From Vitrella brassicaformis CCMP3155 (Eukaryota; Protista; Chromerida): DNA of 17,611 bases. Made by a program: the position numbers and the translations under genes. The stretch spans positions 1 to 17,611 of the forward strand of contig CDMY01000820.1 of NCBI GenBank assembly GCA_001179505.1, in the 5' to 3' direction. Shown piece by piece: positions 10,001-17,611 of the stretch; the stretch's first letter is position 1, and every line of letters begins with the position of its first letter. Under the pieces are notes generated by a model. The model did no database searches, was not told where the DNA came from, and saw only the letters and a list, made by a program, of their open reading frames with translations.

Positions 10001-13000
10001 ACATTTACCGTGGCTGGCGACGGCCATCAGCACTTGTGTGCGCTTTTTGTCTTGTTCATTGCTGTCTGCCCCCGCCAGAACTCCCGGCCGTTCGGTATGC
10101 TGTCTGACAGCTACCACACTACTCAGCACAGAGGCGCTGCCCCCTGTCCCACCGCCCCTGGCCACCGCGTCCACCCTCACCCTCCCTCAATCGCGCCACA
10201 CCCACAATACTACCACCACAACCATCGTACACACGACCAGCAGCATCTGGGGGGACAGCAGAAGGTCAGGCGACACATACACAGATCAATGGATGGATGG
10301 ATGGATTCGTTGTGTGTGTGTCTGCGTGTGTGCAGTTTAGCGGGGTGGGTGTGTTGACGGGCGGCGGAGAGGCCGGTCGTGAGAGTCGACGGCTGGTGGG
10401 TGGTGGCGGTGGTGCGACCAGCGGTGCTGACCACGGTGACCTGACGAGCCAGTACCAGCACCAGCAACAACAGCTCATCATGCAGCAGCAGACCTACGTG
10501 CCGCATATGGGCGCCCACTCCTCCACTGCTGGTATGCACACACCAGGGAGGCACGGCAAGAGAGCAATTCCATCATCTTTCGTGTCCATTTCTCCAGGTG
10601 GCCCTCCGTCGAGGGCGGTTTTGAAGCCTGCATCGAGCACCCAGGGCACGCAGTCCTTCCAGCAGCCGCACGCGTCGGCGCAGCAGGCGTCCGCCCACCA
10701 GCACATGATGCAAAGAGACCAACAGCAGGTACGCTCACATGATTTGTTCACGACTAAATGTATCTAACGTGCGCTGCGCGTGTCTGTGTGTTGTGTGTTG
10801 TGTGTTGTGTGTGTAGGGTATGGGCAGTGACGGGTACTCCCCCCCGATTGGTCGTGCAGCGAGCTCATCATACACGAACCCATACGGCCAGAAGCAGCCG
10901 CAGACCCATCAGACCGCCGACGGTGAGATAAAGAGGAAGGGTGACAGATGAAAAGAATGAAAATGCTCATGATGTGTTGTGTTGTGTTGGCTTGCGTTGT
11001 GTTTTGTCTAGGCGGCTCGTCCCACGTGCACCGCGACACCCAGGCCATGATGGGCGCCGGTCGTGGGCAGGCACGCGCTGGGGCAGAGGGCACACAAAGC
11101 GGTGGTGAGTGTGACGCACAACATACCGACACTCGATACTCGCTCTACTCACTCTTCATCTTTGTATGTGTGTGTGTGTGCGCGTCGTCAGGAAACTACG
11201 GGCAGCAGGGCACGATCAACGGCTACCACCACCAGCATGGCAGCGGGGTCTCCAGATGATCATCCAGCGGGGACCTGCAGGCGGCCAGCACCAGCAGCAT
11301 TTCCAGGGACAGAAGGTCAGGCGACGCATACCCAGATGGATGGATGGATGGATTCGTTGTGTGTGTGTCTGCGTGTGTGCAGCATAGCGGGATGGGTGTG
11401 TTGACGGGCGGCGGGGAGACCAGTCGCGGTGGAGTGGATGGGGCTGATGCGGTTCCGTACGGTCGCAGCAATCTACCCTTCGATGTGAGAATGAGACCAA
11501 AGACACACACACACACACACTTATGCCCACAAACGGACGCCCTGTACCTCGTCAATGTCGTGTTGTCTTGTGTGTGTTTTCTCAGAGGCGTTTGACTGCT
11601 GGAGGTGTGGGGCACGCCTCGCAGCGCCCCGGGATCCCTCAGGTCAGTGCAGGCAGCGGACATTTACCGTGGCTGGCACGACGGCCATCAGCACTTGTGT
11701 GCGCTTTTTGTCTTGTTCATTGCTGTCTGCCCCCGCCAGGTCTCCCGGCCGTTCGGTATGCTGTCTGACAGCTACCACACTACTCAGCACAGAGGCGCTG
11801 CCCAATCTCCCACCGCCCCTGGCCACCGCGTCCACCCTCACCCTCCCTCAATCGCGCCACACCCACAATACCACCACCACAACCATCGTACAGAAGACCA
11901 GCAGCATCTGGGGGGACAGCAGAACGTCAGGCGACGCATACACAGATGGATGGATGGATGGATGGATTCGTTGTGTGTGTGTCTGCGTGTGTGCAGCATA
12001 GCGGGATGGGTGTGTTGACGGGCGGTGGGGAGACCAATGGTGTGGACTACGGAGACCTGACGAGCCAGTTCCAGCAGCAGCAGCAACGGTTCATCATGCA
12101 GCAGCAGACCTACGTGCCGCATATGGGCGCCCACTCCTCCACTGCTGGTATGCACACACCAGGGAGGCACGGCAAGAGAGCAATTCCATCATCTTTCGTG
12201 TCCATTTCTCCAGGTGGCCCTCCGTCGAGGGCGGTTTTGAAGCCTGCATCGAGCACCCAGGGCACGCAGTCCTTCCAGCAGCCGCACGCATTATCCCAGC
12301 AGGCGTCCGCCCACCAGCACATGATGCAGAGAGACCAACAGCAGGTACGCTCACATGATTTGTTCACGACTAAATGTATCTAACGTGCGCTGCGCGTGTC
12401 TGTGTGTTGTGTGTGTAGGGTATGGGCAGTGACGGGTACTCCCCCCCGATTGGTCGTGCAGCGAGCTCATCATACACGAACCCATACGGCCAGAAGCAGC
12501 CACAGACCCATCAGACCGCCGACGGTGAGATAAAGAGGAAGGATGACAGATCAAAAGAATGAAAATGCTCATGTGGTGTTGTGTTGTGTTGGCTTGCGTT
12601 GTGTTTTGTGTAGGCGGCTCGTCCCACGTGCACCGCGACACCCAGGCCATGATGGGCGCCGGTCGTGGGCAGGCACGCGCTGGGGCAGAGGGCACACAAA
12701 GCGGTGGTGAGTGTGACGCACAACATACCGACACTGGATACTCGCTCTACTCACTCTTCATCTTTGTATGTGTGTGTGCGCGTCGTCAGGGTACCACACT
12801 CAGCAGGGCACGATCAACGGCTATGACCACCAGCATGGCAGCGGGGTCTCGGCGAGTCATGGGAATGCAGCACGGGGCTGCAGGCGGCCAGCACCAGCAG
12901 CAAGGCCCCGCCCCATCCGCTGGGTAAGACAGCTCAATAGCCAGGCACGCAGGCTGGCAAAGGATCCAGTCAGTCCCACACCACACGCCTCTCTCTCTGT

Positions 13001-16000
13001 CTGGCCGCTCTCTGCTCTGATCAACAATTCAAGCAACCTGGGTTTGGTCGTGCTGGTTCTGGTTTACGGGGTCACGGTGCCGCCATGGACGGCATCGGCG
13101 GCATGGGTGGGCCAGAATACGAGCAGCATCTCCAGGGACAGCAGGTCAGGCGACGCATACACAGATCAATGGATGGATGGATGGATTCGTTGTGTGTGTG
13201 TCTGCGTGTGTGCAGTTTAGCGGGGTGGGTGTGTTGACGGGCGGCGGGGAGGCCGGTGGCGGTGGTGGAGGGTTGGAGGGGCGGAGTGGACCAGAAAAAT
13301 TGGCTCGGGGCATGTTTCGTCTCCCTGGTGGTATTCACGCTGAGCCTCGCCGACCAATGGCGGTACGCCCACCACACATCACACAGAAATGATGCCATAC
13401 ACAGTTCATTGCGGTGTATTGCATGTGTTGACCCGTTGTCTCTTCTCTTGTTCAGAATGGCGATGGCGATTCAGTACGGGGCGAGCAGCGAGGGGCGACA
13501 CACCATGAGGTAAGCGCAGAGCCCCCACCTGCACACGTCACCCAGCCAGCCATTCACCCACTCACCCAAACAGCCGATGTTGCGCCCCCACCACCACCAT
13601 CTCCCTGTGTGTGTGTGTGGATGTCTGGTCTTGTCAGGTCTCACCGGGCCCCCTTCCCAAAGCACACACACCACACGACACACCTTACTTTGCACATCGT
13701 CAGGTGAGGAGCTGCAATTCATACCACACGCACCCAAGGCGCACACCCATTGATGCGTTCTTGTGTCCGTTTGGTGCCCAGACGAACGGTCGTGGTGGTG
13801 GCGGCGGACCGCTCCCCCTGCACCCCGGCATGCAGGTCATCTCTCACTTACACACACGGCCTGCCTCCGTCCACACTCATCCGTCCACTTTTTCCTTTGC
13901 AGGATCGTCACGCCCGATACGAGCCGTCTGGTGAGCCGTCCCGAAGGCCCGGCCTGAGTCGTCGAGACCAGCAGCAGGTCGAATCGGGTCCTGCCAGCCC
14001 CGCTCCCCGTCGACCACCCCACCCCGTGAGCAAGAGGGACAAGAACGGCCGCACGCCGTCTATCCTTCCACAGCCGACCCCGACGCCCCCAAGCGCAGCA
14101 CGCGCAAAGCCCAATTCACGTCAGAAGGTCAGGCGAAAGCACACACAGATGGATGGGTGGATGGATGGATGGATTCGTTGTCTGTGTGTGTCTGCGTGTG
14201 TGCAGACTGGTGGAGTTGGCGGGGTGGCGGGTGGTGGTGGGGTGGGCGATCGGCCTGGTGGAGAGCTGGTGGAGTGGCGTAAACCATACTCAGCATCGGT
14301 GTTGCGGGCGGACGGAGGGGTGACACCGACGCACTATGGCGTAAGCGCAGAACCCCCCCTGCACACGTCACCCAACCAGCCACTGGCCCATTCATCCAAA
14401 CAACCGATGTTGCACTTGCCGGACGTCTGTCCATGTCCATCCATGGTTCTCTTAGGTGCACCCGGCCACATACAAGCAGCAGAGAGATCATCATCCACAG
14501 GTAAGGAGCTGCAATTCAAATCACACTCTGGCACACGGCCCCTTTCCTTATTCACTGCGCCTTCATCTCAGGGTCGGCGTGACCTTTCGCCCCTCGACTC
14601 CGATCCTTCGAGATTTCCCTCAGGCCCCGACATACTCCCTCGACCCCCACCAGCTCGCGGATGCAAGAAACCCACCAGCAAGAACCCGCCTCCCTCCATC
14701 CACCGCAACTCCAAACACCACTTCAAGGCAGCACGGCGGCCGGAAACTACCCCCCATCCAAAAAAGCAAACGGGCCGCCAGGTCGCTGACCGCCGCGAAG
14801 GGCCACCGAGTCCATCTCCTCCTAGTGCAAAGGCGCAGGTGGCTTCGGGCGGGGGAAGGGGCATGGGCGATGGAAGGACGCCGGGGGAAGCCACACAGCC
14901 TAGCATGGTCAGTGAGACAGCCAACACTACACTCATCACGCCACACCTTGACCACACTGCTGCTCTCCTTCGCATGTGTGTGTGTGTGTGTGTGTGTCAG
15001 TTTGAAGGATCGACGGTTCTGCACCCGATGGCCGACGTGCATCGGCCGATGAGCGTGGCGTCCGCGTCCCCACACACCAACGTGCGCTGCACATCACCAT
15101 CTCGCGGGGCGGGCCGAGGAAGACGTCGCGCCATGTCGGTGCCGCGAGCCATCCGGGAGGATCCCAGAGAGGAGGGTCACATGAATCGCGTACCTGAGAG
15201 GAGTGAGGTAAGTGTGGCTGCATCACCTGACAAAGGGGCGATTCATCCATCTCTTCATGTTGCGTTTCAGGGTGTGAGTTTGTCGTCACGTCAAGTAGGG
15301 GAAGGAGGTCACCACACTCACACTCACACCAACACACGACACACACACGAGGGATGGGCAGAGACATGTGTGTGTCTGTATGCCAGCAGGGCCGGCCTCG
15401 TGGCGGTGGTGGAGGTGGCGGGCGCGCCCGTCGCGGCATGTATTCGGTCGATGATGCGGCGTACCGCAAAATTCTCAAAGATGCACATGCACGAGTAGGG
15501 CCGACCACTCAATGTGGCATGTGTGGGTGACGACATCGTCAGACCACACACATGCCGGGACCTGTGGCTGGACACTCAACTGATGGCGTTGCCATGTCGC
15601 TCGAATTCTGGGTGAGAGTTATGAGGGGCTTGTGTGTCGATCAGCCAATGCGCACTCATGGTCTATTGTGGTTGTCTGCCCGCCAGGCTGTGTACGATGG
15701 TGAGGTCGATGCTCGCCGCTACGCTGAACATGCTCAGATACCGAAACAAACCAACGAAGGTACGCACACACACGCATACACGCATGAAGAGAGCCATGCC
15801 GATCATGTCTCTCCTATCTCACCTTTCAGCGAAGGCGAAGCACCCGAGCAGCACTCCGTCAAGCCCGGTCAGCCGCACAAAGACTCCGATCATATGGATG
15901 CAGCATCACTCTTTGTGTTGTCCTTTGAGCAGGTCTCGACAGAGGTGCGCATGCAGCAGGGCGAGCGACAGCCGGCCGCTCAGGAGGAAAAGAACTCGCC

Positions 16001-16703
16001 CATCTCGACGACAAGTAGTTCAGACGCAAAACCGACACGCAACTAAGACGTGTCTACTCATCTGTGTGTCTTTCTCGCAGGCGCGCCGCAGCTTACGACG
16101 ACCAAGACAAAGACCAAGACCGACACAGGATCGCCCGTCGTAAGCCATGCAAAAGAGAAAAGGCTGACAGACAGGCAGACACCTGTCAACGTCGATACAC
16201 CGATAACCCTTTGTATGCCTGGACCCGTTTGTCAGTCTAGCAGTAGCTCGCGCCGCCCAGAAGGTGAGAAGTGACAACACCGCACCATCCTCCCATCGGC
16301 ACACCCACAGGCACTGTCTCTCTCTCTCATATTTCAGGTGCGGCGATGTCTCTCCACGGCGGCGCTGGCGGGTCGCCGTTGGAGGTCAGAATACGAGCAG
16401 ATCGATAGACGCACATACGAGACATCAAAGCTGCTGCTCTCTTGTTAGGCGGCCTCAAGTGTGAGGGCCTGGACGATGGCCGAGAGAGGTGCCGTCGGGA
16501 CGCCGACAGGTGGGCAGCGACTGACAAGACCGCCGTTCATTTTTCATTTCTCTCTGTGATCACCTATTCGTTCTCTGTGTGTGGTTCATTCAGCACCGTC
16601 GCGGAGCTTTGGTCTTCGGGCTGTCGCAGCACTGCCGGTGCAAGGAGACGAACCTACCGACAGGACGATTGGCAAGGAGGGGACCAAGGACGACATCGAC
16701 TGA
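7028..16703 (+). CDS. Gene R: multi-exon gene for a large low-complexity (Gly/Gln/His/Pro/Ser-rich) hypothetical protein; reading frame interrupted in the central repeat array, so possibly partly pseudogenised
   Basis: Hand-spliced GT-AG exons are phase-consistent at both ends. 5' exons: 7028-7114 (MKGSRSGGPKEAPPQ...), 7178-7264, 7336-7380, 7452-7499, 7578-7647, 7727-7857. 3' exons: 13216-13362, 13456-13509, 13638-13703, 13782-13835, 13903-14025, 14074-14127, 14206-14340, 14456-14500, 14572-14907, 15001-15207, 15387-15494, 15543-15611, 15687-15759, 15830-15867, 15933-16014, 16081-16139, 16236-16263, 16338-16384, 16449-16509, 16594-16703 (ends ...GTKDDID-TGA). The start ATG is inferred from an upstream CT-rich tract. 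Some donors are weak (GTAGTT 16015, GTAGGG 15495). Confidence 0.7.
7846..7848 (+). pseudogene. Premature TAG in the first copy of the QQGTING exon
   Basis: cat ttc TAG gga cag aag here, versus cat ttc CAG gga cag aag in the copies ending at 9650 and 11315. Confidence 0.85.
8557..8856. other. Assembly gap (300 N) inside the repeat array
   Basis: Run of exactly 300 N, right flank (ATGG)n. A fixed size suggests a placeholder. Confidence 1.
9527..9650 (+). pseudogene. Exon copy with a 7-nt deletion causing a frameshift and TGA at 9592-9594
   Basis: gtctc[ggcgagc]cagatg in copy 7727-7857 (131 nt) versus gtctccagatg here (124 nt). Confidence 0.85.
11192..11315 (+). pseudogene. Exon copy with the same 7-nt deletion; TGA at 11257-11259
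   Basis: Same gtctccagatga junction as 9527-9650. Confidence 0.85.
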
Positions 16704-17510
16704 CGAGACCGACCTGTGAGGGGGGCGGGGCGTAGTGCATATGGCTGCATCGGGCTGTCTGTTTTTTTGTGAGAGGAGAGAGGGGACCGGTGAAGTGCGT
16801 CACATACATGCATGGATATATGCCTTAGTGTGGGCCCGGGGCTAGGTAAAGGTGTCTAGCCAGCTGTGTCGTGCCGTGATGTGTTCTTCTGGATGGTTGG
16901 CTTACACATGTCTGCGGCAAGAACTGACGGACGAAGTGTTTTTTTTGCGCAGCACCACCTTCGCCCCATCGTTTGTTCATGGTTGGTCGGTGCTGCCATG
17001 CAGTGCGGCCACACGCTTCTTTTCGGATTCTTCAATTTTGTGGTCTTGTCTTTTCTTTGGTGTCTCTCCTGTGCACCGTGGCATTCATCCATGAGAGTTG
17101 GTGCCCTTGTTTTGGATGGCCTCCCGCCTTTCCTTTGGTCTGTCTGGTCTGTCGACAGCGTGTTTGCCACGTCTGGGTGGTGTTTTTGGAAGACATTCAT
17201 GGCTAAGGGGCGGTCCGGGACCGAATCGCATGCAAGTTTTTTTAAATGACCGACCAACGACAGCTAATCACATTGCGATGCACACTACAGCGACACACAG
17301 CCGGGGCAGGAAGCAACCCTGGCCAGCGAGGGGGGCCAGACCAAGCTCGCAGTCTCCCTCACCGAATTCTTCCAGCCCTCTCCCCCCCCCCTCCCCCGAG
17401 CGTCGCGGATTCTCGCGAAGTGAGAAATCAATGCTTGTCGAGATTCTCGTGTCATACTTACCCCCCATGATTGAGTTGGTGATTTCTCGGCTGTTTCTCC
17501 TCCTTTTCGG

Positions 17511-17611
17511 ATGAGCGAGCGTGTATCGGACTACACCCAACCCCCTCCACCTACCCTCATCCCGCGAGACGGCGGCGGGCCCCCCTGTTGCGCATGCAAC
17601 GAGAAAGGGAC
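17511..17611 (+). CDS. Probable first exon of the next gene (MSERVSDYTQPPPPTLIPRDGGGPPCCACNEKG...), possibly entering a CxxC zinc finger
   Basis: The frame is open from the ATG to the window end. It is preceded by CT-rich tracts and ATTCTCG motifs, the same layout as at 7028. Only one CxxC is visible. Confidence 0.45.
   Translation, partial: MSERVSDYTQPPPPTLIPRDGGGPPCCACNEKG

Larger units (their letters stand above)
7648..13362 (+). repeat. Intragenic tandem array of exon-intron modules
   Basis: Exon GMGSDGYSPPIGRAASSS.. starts at 8168, 9158, 10817 and 12419, each time followed by exon GSSHVHRDTQAMMGAG.. and exon ..QQGTINGY... Two long units (9158-10816, ~1.66 kb; 10817-12418, ~1.60 kb) are near-identical, introns included. 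Confidence 0.95.

Noticed and set aside
13750-15498. 582-aa ORF as a real protein
   Set aside because: It reads through several introns (CVCVC, MDGWMDG microsatellite translations) that happen to lack stops. Only the exon parts are coding.
15455-15730. Integrase H2C2 zinc-binding-like pattern (ILKDAH...GH)
   Set aside because: There is no CxxC and no adjacent RT or integrase core, so the resemblance is too weak.
17454-17470. U1 snRNA 5' end (ATACTTACC)
   Set aside because: It lacks the following TGG and any recognisable U1 stems or Sm site. It is simply the complement of a GTAAGT donor-like motif.
1-17611. Transposon, tRNA or rRNA
   Set aside because: I recognised no transposase/RT motifs, terminal inverted repeats with target-site duplications, cloverleaf or rRNA-like sequence.

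Overview
This is GC-rich eukaryotic genomic DNA, not prokaryotic. It has many short (about 45-130 nt) GT-AG introns rich in (GT)n/(CA)n/(ATGG)n microsatellites. That style resembles the chromerid Vitrella brassicaformis, but this is an inference I cannot verify. The six-frame ORFs are mostly artefacts of unspliced reading, so I spliced the genes by hand. (1) Gene R (+, ~7028-16703) has >40 exons and encodes a low-complexity G/Q/H/P/S-rich protein. Its middle (~7650-13360) is a tandem array of duplicated exon+intron modules, with one intron present 8 times. Three of the four fully sequenced copies of one exon carry a stop or a stop-producing frameshift. (2) Gene Q (-, ~6550 down to ~2550) is divergently oriented and shares at least one exon/intron module with R. 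It has its own internal duplications and in-frame stops. (3) Copy P (+, ~135-1900) is a degenerate inverted duplicate of Q, scrambled by small inversions that leave hairpins. (4) A probable new gene starts at 17511. There are two 300-N gaps. I recognise no known protein family, RNA gene, CRISPR array or transposase. The real signal is rapid gene evolution by exon-module duplication and template switching. I cannot support a known or new enzymatic system.
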